IMG/VR virus record: IMGVR_UViG_2693429768_000005
From: a virus
Taxonomy: Duplodnaviria; Heunggongvirae; Uroviricota; Caudoviricetes
Strand: one strand, 5' to 3'
Length of the DNA stretch: 55,692 bases
The notes under the pieces are model-generated. The model saw only the letters and a program-made list of their open reading frames with translations, did no database searches and was not told where the DNA came from. The stretch's first letter is position 1; each line of letters opens with the position of its first letter. Made by a program: the position numbers and the translations under genes. Below, one piece after another: positions 45,554 through 54,535 of this stretch.

Positions 45554-46201
45554 TTATGGCAGGTTTACGATCTTCGCATCAACTACCACGCCTATGATTT
45601 TTGATTCTGGATTCATAGGGATTGGCGGATACAGCGGATTGAGCGAACGTAAAAGCCTTTGACCTCCATCAATAATCAACTGTTTAAACGTCGGTATCTG
45701 CCCTTCCTCAAGCTGGGCTATAACCAGTTTGCCGTCAATAGCTGGCGCGTGCGGGTCCACGAGTATCATCGTCCCCGCCGGGATGCTCAACCCCTGCGGC
45801 GCGTTCATTGATTCACCTTTGGCAACCAGCCAGTAACTATCATCTGAACAAATAACGCTAGTCGTAACGTGTGGTAATGCTGATCGCCTTGTGTCATCCA
45901 TATTGTTTACTGTATCCTTCCAGTCAATAACCGGGTAACTACCTAAATCACGCGGCGGTGCGGCCTGAAGTGTATTAGAAACAGAATCATCAATGACCAT
46001 ACCATCATGTGTAACAGTGAACTGCCGACGACCAAGCGCCCGCATAATCCGCGCAATATCTTCAAGATTTGGCTCGCGGCGACCGTTCAGCCAGTGTGAC
46101 AGGCCGCCTTTAGTTATCCCCATGAGATCTGCGAGTGAATCCTGACTCATGCCCTGCGCCCGCATGAGCTGCTTTGCTAAGTCATACCATTTTGTTTTCA
46201 T
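45554..46201 (-). CDS. cI: CI-like repressor (HTH plus S24 LexA-type peptidase domain)
   Basis: 215 aa; N-terminal HTH (SQDSLADLMGITKGGLSHWLNGRREP) and C-terminal autoprotease region with Ser (KGESM) and Lys (TFKQL). Confidence 0.85.
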   Translation of the reverse strand: MKTKWYDLAKQLMRAQGMSQDSLADLMGITKGGLSHWLNGRREPNLEDIARIMRALGRRQFTVTHDGMVIDDSVSNTLQAAPPRDLGSYPVIDWKDTVNNMDDTRRSALPHVTTSVICSDDSYWLVAKGESMNAPQGLSIPAGTMILVDPHAPAIDGKLVIAQLEEGQIPTFKQLIIDGGQRLLRSLNPLYPPIPMNPESKIIGVVVDAKIVNLP

Positions 46202-46506
46202 GTCGCTACCCTATAACCTCAAAAAGTTTGATGCAAGTCACAAAACGTGTATTTTAAGCCTTGATCTTAAAATTCCATTTTGTAAACTTGCAGACAAGGT
46301 AAGGCCATACTTGCAAAGACGCAAGGAAAAAGATAACGGAAGGCACAAAAAGGCACATACCTTAAGCTCTTTAAAAATCCGGTGTCGCTGCGAAGCGAAA
46401 AACAAATATCACGCAACGGCGGGATCTGTTGAGCGGTCAGTCACTGCTATCTAATGCTAATGGGATGCCCGCCCGCGCGTTCATTTTAACCATAGGAGAA
46501 AATACA

Positions 46507-46761
46507 ATGAGCATGAACATGATTAGCGAAGTATGGAAAGTAAAACTTAACAGCCCGATTCAAAAACTGGTCTTAATGGCTCTGGCTGAAAAGGCAGATA
46601 ACCGCCGTCACGTCATGGTATCACGACAAGAAATTGCAAAAATGTGTGAACTTCCTGTTCATACGGTACATGATGCCTTCGCCGCGTTAATGCATAAAGG
46701 GTTTGTTTGTCGTCTTGATGCGTTCAGTGATGTCTATGTAGTGATGTTACCGGAGGAATGA
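46507..46761 (+). CDS. putative HTH DNA-binding regulator (Cro/CII position)
   Basis: first rightward ORF after immunity intergenic region; GGAGAA SD; helix-turn-helix-like segment. Confidence 0.4.
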   Translation: MSMNMISEVWKVKLNSPIQKLVLMALAEKADNRRHVMVSRQEIAKMCELPVHTVHDAFAALMHKGFVCRLDAFSDVYVVMLPEE

Positions 46762-46764
46762 TCT

Positions 46765-47811
46765 ATGAAGTGGTTTAAGCATGATAGCGATGCGAACCGC
46801 GATGAAAAACTTCAAAACGTCTTGCTTGATTATGGCCTGGAAGGGTACGGGCTTTATTGGTATTGCCTCGAACTAATAACTTATGACGTAGATCAGCACA
46901 ATCTAACTTTTGACCTACGACATGACGCGAGAATCATTGCGCGAAACGTCGGATCGACTGAAAAACGTATAGAAGAAATGATGAAATACTTCATCGAAAT
47001 TGGTTTGTTTGAATGTTCTCAAGGCCACATAACTTGTTTAAAGTTATTGAAAAGGCTGGACCAATCAATGACTTCTAAAAGCGCATACAGGGCAGCCATA
47101 AACACAGCGAAGGAGCAATTAAAATTAGAAAAGTTAATCAATCCAACACAAAAAGGTCATGATAGGGTCATGACCGGGTCAGGAAAGGGTCATGAATTAG
47201 AATTAGAAGTAGAAGAAGAAAGAGAAGAAGAAAAGAAAAATATAAAAAGAAAAGAAGTCAATCAGGACGGTGATTTCCAGGTAAGCGAGGCGGCTTATCG
47301 TTGCTTAGCCTTCTACAACGACAAGGCTGGATGCAAATGTCGTGATGCTAAGCCATTCATCGAACTACTGACAGAAACAAAAACACGTAAAGCGTATACG
47401 GAGGATGAGATCACATTAGTGATTGAGTGGGCTTTAACGCAATGGCGTAGCCGTGGCGGAACACCTAAACCTATCAACATTTGCCGGGTAACTAAATTTG
47501 ACGGGTATCTTGCTGATGCTGAACAATGGCGCAATCTGTCAGTTACTGTAAACGCTGCCGATGTGGTAAATGAGTTTAACATCACGTTTGATGGCCTGTT
47601 GCCACCTGCTGAACTGGATCGGGATCTTGAACGTAAAATATATGCGTTCACTGACTACCTGAAAGACAAAAGCATTAACGGATTTATCGCCTACTTTGAA
47701 GCATTCAAGAGCAAGGCTTCAGACTTTTACTTCGGCGATGGCTTCACAGCGACACTTGATTTCCTGCTTAAACCAAAAACGCTACGCGATACACGCGCAG
47801 GCGCTCTTTGA
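46765..47811 (+). CDS. replication initiation / replisome organizer protein
   Basis: N-terminus MKWFKHDSDANRDEKL...GLEGYGLYWYCLELI typical of phage replisome-organizer N-domain (from memory). Confidence 0.6.
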   Translation: MKWFKHDSDANRDEKLQNVLLDYGLEGYGLYWYCLELITYDVDQHNLTFDLRHDARIIARNVGSTEKRIEEMMKYFIEIGLFECSQGHITCLKLLKRLDQSMTSKSAYRAAINTAKEQLKLEKLINPTQKGHDRVMTGSGKGHELELEVEEEREEEKKNIKRKEVNQDGDFQVSEAAYRCLAFYNDKAGCKCRDAKPFIELLTETKTRKAYTEDEITLVIEWALTQWRSRGGTPKPINICRVTKFDGYLADAEQWRNLSVTVNAADVVNEFNITFDGLLPPAELDRDLERKIYAFTDYLKDKSINGFIAYFEAFKSKASDFYFGDGFTATLDFLLKPKTLRDTRAGAL

Positions 47812-47945
47812 CCAACCACGATCCACAAAAACCCAAAATAACCCGCAAAACAAGCTCGCCAGCGAGATAAATCGCATGTGGTGCTACACTTGCTTACCTT
47901 TTTGCGATTAGCTCGTTATAGAGCGTTACAGAGAGGATTTCAAAA

Positions 47946-48047
47946 ATGGACGGTAAACACGTTTTTGCCCTGGTCTTTGCCATCGCTGCGGCAATCGCTG
48001 TTAACGTCGCTTTGTTCGGCGGTTTGTTCCTTCTAGTCAATCCATAA
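47946..48047 (+). CDS. small single-helix membrane peptide (33 aa)
   Basis: GAGAGGA SD; MDGKHVFALVFAIAAAIAVNVALFGGLFLLVNP. Confidence 0.4.
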   Translation: MDGKHVFALVFAIAAAIAVNVALFGGLFLLVNP

Positions 48048-48178
48048 CCTACCCACCATTCTGTAAATCAAAAATTAGCCACCTGAGAGCGTCTATAACG
48101 CAATAAGACACTGCAACCTGTGCAAACGGGTTACGCGGTGGAATTTTGCGTTGTAGAGCGTTTTACGGAGAAAATACA

Positions 48179-48919
48179 ATGTCTGATTTAATGGTTTTTG
48201 ATGTCGATAGCGAAGTATTAATGATTTCATCGCGTGAAATAGCAGAAGCAACAGGCAAGGATCATTCTTCTGTGGTTGTGCGTGATATTAAAAACATGCT
48301 GATCGATTTAGGGTTTACTGAGCATGATTTTTATCCTGCAAAAATGCAGGATTATGAATTTATAGGGTTTTTGTTTAAGTACAAGCACTACAACGGTCGC
48401 AACGTCATTGATGAGGTTTTGCTAAATAAAGAGCTAACAATGTGCTTGATCACTGGCTATGACGTTAAGCAACGCATGAAGGTAATTAAACGCGTTAAAG
48501 AGTTGGAGGAGGCGCAACACAAACTAGCTTTGCCGGATTTCACTGATCCGGTTGCGGCAGCCCGCGCATGGGCGGATGAGGTAGAGCAAAAATTATTAGT
48601 TAAGCAAGAAAATGAACGGCTTACACTGGTTAACAAACAGCTTGCGCCAAAAGCTGCTGTATGTGACGCGATAGTCAAAAACGATATGCACCGCACGGCT
48701 TCAGAGGTAGCTAAACCGCTGGGAATGTCAGCCGTAAAATTAAACAGAAAACTTTCGGCGGTTGGTGTTTATGATCTTCGCTGTCGCCGCCGTGTATTCA
48801 GTCAGTGGTTTATTGATGAGGGCTACGGTGAAATGAGGGTAACTCACGATGGATATGAGCAGGCTGTATTCACTGCTAAAGGACAAGTATGGATTACTGA
48901 GCTTTTAACTTGTAACTAA
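48179..48919 (+). CDS. phage antirepressor (Rha-like N-domain, KilAC-like C-domain)
   Basis: MSDLMVFD...SREIAEATGKDHSSVVRDI pattern; domain identity recalled from memory. Confidence 0.6.
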   Translation: MSDLMVFDVDSEVLMISSREIAEATGKDHSSVVVRDIKNMLIDLGFTEHDFYPAKMQDYEFIGFLFKYKHYNGRNVIDEVLLNKELTMCLITGYDVKQRMKVIKRVKELEEAQHKLALPDFTDPVAAARAWADEVEQKLLVKQENERLTLVNKQLAPKAAVCDAIVKNDMHRTASEVAKPLGMSAVKLNRKLSAVGVYDLRCRRRVFSQWFIDEGYGEMRVTHDGYEQAVFTAKGQVWITELLTCN

Positions 48920-48953
48920 GTATACAATTTGTTATTCGTGAGGAAATGACACT

Positions 48954-50084
48954 ATGTCACAAAGAAAAATCAGCGATGAGCAATTGATCGCTGAATATAA
49001 CAACGGTTTAACGTACAAGCAGATCGCTGAAAAATATGGCATGTCAAAACGCAACGTCGAGCGGCTAGGCGCAAAACTGGCGAAACGCGGTTTAATATCC
49101 ACGCGTCGCGCACCGGGTTTTGGCGTCAATGCTGAGTCATTGCTCGTCGATAAGGATGGCAATGTGATCATGCGCTGGATTAAAACAGCCCGTGACCGCG
49201 ACGAAATGGAACAGTTAATGGAAGCGGCCCGCGACGCTTTCACGGATGAAATACCACGCGCGGAGGCTGTGCCAGTGCCTGAAATTGATTTTCAAAAAAG
49301 CCTAGCCCTTTATCCGGTGTTTGATCTGCATATCGGGGCGCTTGCTCATAAAGCTGAATGCGGCGAGAGCTACGACACTGGGATCGCTGAGCGCGTGTTG
49401 AATGACTTCTTTGACTACGCTGTTGGCGCTGCTCCGATGTCTGAAAAAGCCGTACTGCTCCTCGGTGGCGATCTGCTTCATTCTGACGGTATGGTCCCGG
49501 TGACGCCAATAAGTGGGCACATTCTTGATCAAGATAGTCGCTACGCAAAACTTGTTTATGTGGCGATCCGGTCTGTCCGGCGGGCGGTAGGTAAAATGTT
49601 GTTAAATCATAAGGATGTTGAAATCCAGGTGTTATCAGGCAATCACGATCAGTCTGGTATGATTTGGCTACGTGCGGCGCTGGCGGCTTTTTACGAAGAT
49701 GAACCGCGCGTGACGGTTGATGTGTCACCTGCTATCGTCCACCACACGCAGTACGGCAAAACATTCCTTGCTTACCACCACGGGCACACTATCAAAAAGC
49801 CGGAAAATTTATTGTCTGCTTGCGTAGCTGACTGGCGTGAGGATTTCGGCAAGTCGAAATATGTTTACGTCCATGTCGGACATTTGCACCATAAATCAGT
49901 AACAGAATCATCTATAGGCATAGTTGAACACCACGGCACGTTAGCGGGCAAAGACGCTTATTCAACTAATGGAGGATGGAGATCGCAACGTTGCGCTGCG
50001 GTTATCCTTTACAGTCCTGATTATGGCGAAATTGGTCGCTTTGTATATAGGCCTGAAATGGTGGGGTGTCATGATGTGGGATGA
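48954..50084 (+). CDS. HTH-metallophosphoesterase fusion protein
   Basis: N-terminal HTH-like LTYKQIAEKYGMSKRNVER; C-terminal phosphoesterase motifs DLH, GDLLH, GNHD, HHGH, GHLHH. Confidence 0.55.
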   Translation: MSQRKISDEQLIAEYNNGLTYKQIAEKYGMSKRNVERLGAKLAKRGLISTRRAPGFGVNAESLLVDKDGNVIMRWIKTARDRDEMEQLMEAARDAFTDEIPRAEAVPVPEIDFQKSLALYPVFDLHIGALAHKAECGESYDTGIAERVLNDFFDYAVGAAPMSEKAVLLLGGDLLHSDGMVPVTPISGHILDQDSRYAKLVYVAIRSVRRAVGKMLLNHKDVEIQVLSGNHDQSGMIWLRAALAAFYEDEPRVTVDVSPAIVHHTQYGKTFLAYHHGHTIKKPENLLSACVADWREDFGKSKYVYVHVGHLHHKSVTESSIGIVEHHGTLAGKDAYSTNGGWRSQRCAAVILYSPDYGEIGRFVYRPEMVGCHDVG

Positions 50085-50577
50085 TTTATTTACATATAGC
50101 GACGGCGTTCTATATTGGTCTTGTAACCGTGCAAATAACAAAATAAAAGCAGGTAGCGTGGCTGGATGTAAACATTATCGCGGATATTGGACTGTACGCG
50201 TTAATGGTATTTGTTGCACATGGCGTCACCGCATTATCTGGGAAATGTTTAACGGCCCTATTCCTGATGGAATGGAAATAGATCACATAAATCATATACC
50301 TGGTGACGATAGAATCGAAAACTTAAGGATGGTGACAAGGAAGGAGAATAACAGAAACAAAACAATGCCATCAAGTAATACTAGCGGATGCGTTGGCGTT
50401 ACGTGGAACAAGAAAACCAATAAATGGCGTGCGCAAATAGGTATAAGGGGGTCTGATGGGAAAAAGAAAACAATATACGTTTATTACGGTGACTCATTTG
50501 ATGATGCCGTAAAAGCAAGAAAAGAAGCTGAAAGAATGTATAACTTTCATAGCAATCACGGTATTTCTTTACCCTGA
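50071..50577 (+). CDS. HNH homing-type endonuclease with AP2 domain (second copy)
   Basis: HRIIWEMFNGPIPDGMEIDHINH plus AP2-like GVTWNKKTNKWRAQI; start overlaps upstream stop. Confidence 0.8.
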   Translation: MMWDDLFTYSDGVLYWSCNRANNKIKAGSVAGCKHYRGYWTVRVNGICCTWRHRIIWEMFNGPIPDGMEIDHINHIPGDDRIENLRMVTRKENNRNKTMPSSNTSGCVGVTWNKKTNKWRAQIGIRGSDGKKKTIYVYYGDSFDDAVKARKEAERMYNFHSNHGISLP

Positions 50578-50611
50578 ATATTCCATTTTGTAAACCGGAG
50601 GCAATAACATA

Positions 50612-52027
50612 ATGGTAACTGAGCAAATGAACTCACTACGGCAGGAACGTGAAGCGTCAGTTATCGGCGGGCTGCTGTTAGGCGGCCTAACTCCTAACGC
50701 ACAAGATGTTCTCGCCACTCTTGATCCTGAAGTGTTCACGATTCCGCTGTATAAACGTGCGTTTGAAGTTATCCGGGCGCAAGCCAGAAACAGAAATCTT
50801 ATCGACGCGTTATTGGTTGGCGATGAGATTGGCAATGAAAACTTTGTACCGCTAATGCAAACGGCGCGATCGTGCCCGTCTGCTGCCAACCTGAAGGGAT
50901 ACGCACAGCTACTACGTGAAGAGCACCAGCGGCGGCAGATGTTGGAACTCATCGACGATATGCGCTACAAACTGGAAACGGGGACGCTTGAGGTCGTCAA
51001 AGAGACGATGAAAGACTTTGATTCCCGGTATTCAAAATTGAAGGTAACGAAAGACAAGATCATTCCGGTGTTGTTGCGCGATGCGGTACAGGAATACACG
51101 GAGGTGTTAAGCAAACGCATGGAATGCGGTGTCAATTCTGACAACATCAAAACAGGGATAGAACCACTCGACGAAATGTTAGGCGGCATTAACGCTACTG
51201 ATCTGGTGCTTCTCGCCGGGCGCCCTGGGTCTGGTAAATCTGCGTTGGCGCTGGCAATTGCCCGCGCTGCTGCTGAACGCCCTTACCCTGGCAGCAAGGA
51301 TCAGCGGGTTGGCGTTTTGTTCTTCACGCTTGAAATGTCACTCGATCAGATGACTGAACGCGCTATAGCTGGCGCTGGTAATTTATCAACCGACTGTCTG
51401 CGTAATCCGGTAAAACTTGATGATGAGGGGTGGGCGCATGTTGGTCAGGGTATGAGCGCACTTGCTAATCTTGACGTGTGGATCGTTGACGCATCGCAGT
51501 TAACGGTTGAGGAAATACGCGCCACAACGGAACGGATGAAACAGGAGCATCCCAACCTGGGTATGGTAATGATTGACTACATCGGGTTGATGAAGCTGGC
51601 TAAGGCTGAACGTCATGATCTCGCCGTAGGGCAATTATCATGGTCGTTGAAGATGATGGCGAAAGAATTGCGCGTACCGGTGTTGGCGCTGGCGCAATTA
51701 TCCCGCCGCGTTGAGGAACGACCGAACAAGCGTCCTAACAATTCTGATCTGCGCGATTCCGGTAATCTTGAGCAGGACGCTGACAGGATAATCATGGTAT
51801 ACCGCGATGGCTACTACGATGAGCAGTCTGTAGCCCGCGAATATATGGAAATCATTGTATCTAAAAACCGTCACGGCAAATCTGGCACTGTTTACCAGCG
51901 GTTTGATGACAACGGCAATATCTTACCATGCGACCAGGCCCGCGCGGCTGCGGCGTGTATTCAGTCTATGAATCATCGTACAAGCAGATTTAACCAACGA
52001 AACAACCAGAATAACGCATCCTTTTAA
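50612..52027 (+). CDS. replicative DNA helicase (DnaB family)
   Basis: 471 aa; Walker A GRPGSGKS, DnaB-like N- and C-domains. Confidence 0.85.
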   Translation: MVTEQMNSLRQEREASVIGGLLLGGLTPNAQDVLATLDPEVFTIPLYKRAFEVIRAQARNRNLIDALLVGDEIGNENFVPLMQTARSCPSAANLKGYAQLLREEHQRRQMLELIDDMRYKLETGTLEVVKETMKDFDSRYSKLKVTKDKIIPVLLRDAVQEYTEVLSKRMECGVNSDNIKTGIEPLDEMLGGINATDLVLLAGRPGSGKSALALAIARAAAERPYPGSKDQRVGVLFFTLEMSLDQMTERAIAGAGNLSTDCLRNPVKLDDEGWAHVGQGMSALANLDVWIVDASQLTVEEIRATTERMKQEHPNLGMVMIDYIGLMKLAKAERHDLAVGQLSWSLKMMAKELRVPVLALAQLSRRVEERPNKRPNNSDLRDSGNLEQDADRIIMVYRDGYYDEQSVAREYMEIIVSKNRHGKSGTVYQRFDDNGNILPCDQARAAAACIQSMNHRTSRFNQRNNQNNASF

Positions 52028-52103
52028 TCAATATGAGCAAACGGCTTACCAGAAAGTTTACCGCTTTCTGGTGGCTGTTATCGCGTTTAAAGCGAGGCTG
52101 AAA

Positions 52104-52631
52104 ATGAAAACTTCATACCAACAACAAATAATTGATTTTTTAAATGACGCTGTTATTTCAGGTGAGGGAACGATAGTTAAATCTATTCCTGGGCCGGAAG
52201 GTGAAATAATTTGCGCTTTGGATGCTTTAGTTTCTGATGGCGTTATTATCAAAGTAGATCTAAATAGTAAAAGATTATCATATTGCTTGAAGTCAGTAAG
52301 AGAAATGGCGATAAGGGATATAATCCCTTTGTTTTCAAATAGTAGCGGGTATTTTTCAGCGGAAGATGTTAAAAATGAATTGAATATTAATATAAACAAA
52401 GGAAAGGTCGGGAGAATATTGCGGATGTTAGGAAGTGAGAACCTATTAACTGTTAATAAGTTTGACGGTAAATATTTTTTCAGAAACGCGCGTTTTTATG
52501 GTTATTCAAATGTTATCGCATTTAATTTTAGTAACTTATTAAACGAATACCGTAAAAATAACGGCCTGCTACCGGATAAACCAATATTTGAGATCGAAAA
52601 ACTTAACGGCGAAACGGGGTTGGAATTATGA
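52104..52631 (+). CDS. hypothetical protein in AT-rich island (possible tandem winged-helix)
   Basis: by-eye composition markedly more AT-rich than flanks; no enzymatic motif. Confidence 0.4.
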   Translation: MKTSYQQQIIDFLNDAVISGEGTIVKSIPGPEGEIICALDALVSDGVIIKVDLNSKRLSYCLKSVREMAIRDIIPLFSNSSGYFSAEDVKNELNININKGKVGRILRMLGSENLLTVNKFDGKYFFRNARFYGYSNVIAFNFSNLLNEYRKNNGLLPDKPIFEIEKLNGETGLEL

Positions 52632-52834
52632 GACGGGTAATTTTTTATTCAGTTGAAACGTTTGTCGACGATACGCGCGTTTATTATCCGTGGGAAGTAT
52701 ACGACGCAAAGGTGTATACACCGCCACTGATGCGGAAATATAAACACGTAAAATTTAACCGGGTTTTCGTGCCAATGCGCGATGCATTACGGGCGCTGCG
52801 TGGGGAATTAAGAAACACAATGCGGATTGTGTAA
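52628..52834 (+). CDS. hypothetical protein (68 aa)
   Basis: ORF coupled to previous. Confidence 0.35.
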   Translation: MRRVIFYSVETFVDDTRVYYPWEVYDAKVYTPPLMRKYKHVKFNRVFVPMRDALRALRGELRNTMRIV

Positions 52835-52843
52835 GGGGGAATC

Positions 52844-53071
52844 ATGAACAAGGATTTAGAATTGACCGTGGAGGATTTAAGCACGATCGCGGAATACAAG
52901 CGCGGCGGTGATCCTGATAAACCTGTTACGGTTGATATGAAATATTTAAAAGGCGCTTTTATGACTTCTTCAAGATTGATAAGTCTTAAAGCAATTATAA
53001 AGGCGCGCTGGGAAAGTTGGCAGGAATACAAAGCGAAAAATAAGGTGAAAAGAAATAATGCGGCAAATTAG
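52844..53071 (+). CDS. hypothetical protein (75 aa)
   Basis: ORF. Confidence 0.35.
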   Translation: MNKDLELTVEDLSTIAEYKRGGDPDKPVTVDMKYLKGAFMTSSRLISLKAIIKARWESWQEYKAKNKVKRNNAAN

Positions 53072-53486
53072 ATTTGAGATAGTCAACGACGCCGTGAAAG
53101 AAAACGCTATCAGGCAGATAAGAGAGATCCAGCCTGATAGCAAAAGCCCGCTGATAATTACCATCCAGGAGAAAACCCGCTCGCTAAGCCAAAACGCGTT
53201 GCTTTGGGCGCTGTTAACCGACATTAGCGATCAGGTTAATTGGTACGGTAAGAAGCTGTCGCCGGAAGACTGGAAAGCGGTATTTACTGCCGGGCTTAAG
53301 AAATATGGCGTCGTCCCTAACCTGGATAAATCCGGCTTTGTTGTATTGGGGACATCAACCAGCCGGATGAGTAAATCAGAATTCAGTGAACTAATCGAGC
53401 TGATCTACTCGTTCGGCGCTGAACATGATGTTCAATGGTCTGGCGATACGAAATTAAACGAGGAATTCATAAAACGCTGGGGGTAA
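53058..53486 (+). CDS. ninB: NinB (Orf-family recombination mediator)
   Basis: aligns to lambda NinB: ...IQEKTRSLSQNALLWALL.DIS.QV.W.G...VPNL...GFVVLG.STSRM...EF.ELIELI..FG. Confidence 0.8.
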   Translation: MRQIRFEIVNDAVKENAIRQIREIQPDSKSPLIITIQEKTRSLSQNALLWALLTDISDQVNWYGKKLSPEDWKAVFTAGLKKYGVVPNLDKSGFVVLGTSTSRMSKSEFSELIELIYSFGAEHDVQWSGDTKLNEEFIKRWG

Positions 53487-53488
53487 TA

Positions 53489-53665
53489 ATGGCGCGTTAT
53501 TACATGGCTAAACCTACAGGAATTTTGTATAAGGTTGATGGCGAATATGTTTATTACTTCCACAACCAGGCGCGGGAGTGGCGATTGTGTCACGCGCACT
53601 TCAAGCACGAAATAGAAAATCACCCTGAATACTTTATCAAAGTTGACAATGTAACGGTGGCGTAA
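53489..53665 (+). CDS. hypothetical protein (58 aa)
   Basis: ATG 3 bp after ninB stop. Confidence 0.35.
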   Translation: MARYYMAKPTGILYKVDGEYVYYFHNQAREWRLCHAHFKHEIENHPEYFIKVDNVTVA

Positions 53666-53666
53666 T

Positions 53667-54317
53667 ATGGCAAATAAAACACCTCGTGCAATAGGCACAA
53701 TGTTCCACCGCTTCCGTGGTGATATTCAGCCTTTTGAAGTAACCACGTTTTCAAGTTATTACGATTTTGGGACGGAGTATTACGCCGGATCTAAGGTAGG
53801 CGGTGAATCTTATACGCTGATGGCTAATACGTGGCGCTTTGTGCGTTACTCTGAAAAGGATGGTGACGGTATGAATAAAGAAAGTGAAATCATTGATGAA
53901 TTAATCGAAGATGAGCGCCATGATTGCGATGCGCCGGAAGTTACGGAATGGAAACCAGGAGAAAAGCCGCCGTGCGGCGTGTGGCTTGATTGTATTGGAT
54001 TAGCAAGTGATAGAGTGATTGATGTCGTTAAGTTTTTCTACCTGGGCGATAAGTGGTCTATTGCTCACAGTAAGTTAGAAACGGGTATAGAAACACCGAT
54101 TGCATGGAAACAATACTCATACCGCATTCACATTGACCCGAAAGAAAAAGCAATGACACGAATTGCGTTTGCGCTGGCTGTTGAGGTTATTGGTGGAGAT
54201 GCGGCAAAAGAGATTAACTTTAACCGCGACAACGAATTTTCGCGCGATTGGCGCAATATGGCAAAAGCCATTATTAATGGCGATATTCCTTTTACTAATT
54301 ACAATGGTGATGAGTAA
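53667..54317 (+). CDS. hypothetical protein (216 aa)
   Basis: ORF; no domain recognised. Confidence 0.4.
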   Translation: MANKTPRAIGTMFHRFRGDIQPFEVTTFSSYYDFGTEYYAGSKVGGESYTLMANTWRFVRYSEKDGDGMNKESEIIDELIEDERHDCDAPEVTEWKPGEKPPCGVWLDCIGLASDRVIDVVKFFYLGDKWSIAHSKLETGIETPIAWKQYSYRIHIDPKEKAMTRIAFALAVEVIGGDAAKEINFNRDNEFSRDWRNMAKAIINGDIPFTNYNGDE

Positions 54318-54535
54318 TGGATAAGATCGGGACAATACTTATTAACCGTGAGCAAGTGCAAAAAATGTTAGGCGGGCTTAGCAAGTCCGCCTTTTTTAAG
54401 CTCGTTAAAAAATGGAAAGAAGCGGGAACTCCTTTCCCTGAACCTGTAAAGGGGATGCCAGCATTAAAGCGCGGGGGATCTCTTTACCGTTATCAGGACG
54501 TTATTTCATTTTGTAAATCGATGGGCTTCATGTAG
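54317..54535 (+). CDS. excisionase/AlpA-like HTH protein
   Basis: 72 aa; adjacent to integrase; HTH-like INREQVQKMLGGLSKSAFFKLVKK. Confidence 0.45.
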   Translation: MDKIGTILINREQVQKMLGGLSKSAFFKLVKKWKEAGTPFPEPVKGMPALKRGGSLYRYQDVISFCKSMGFM

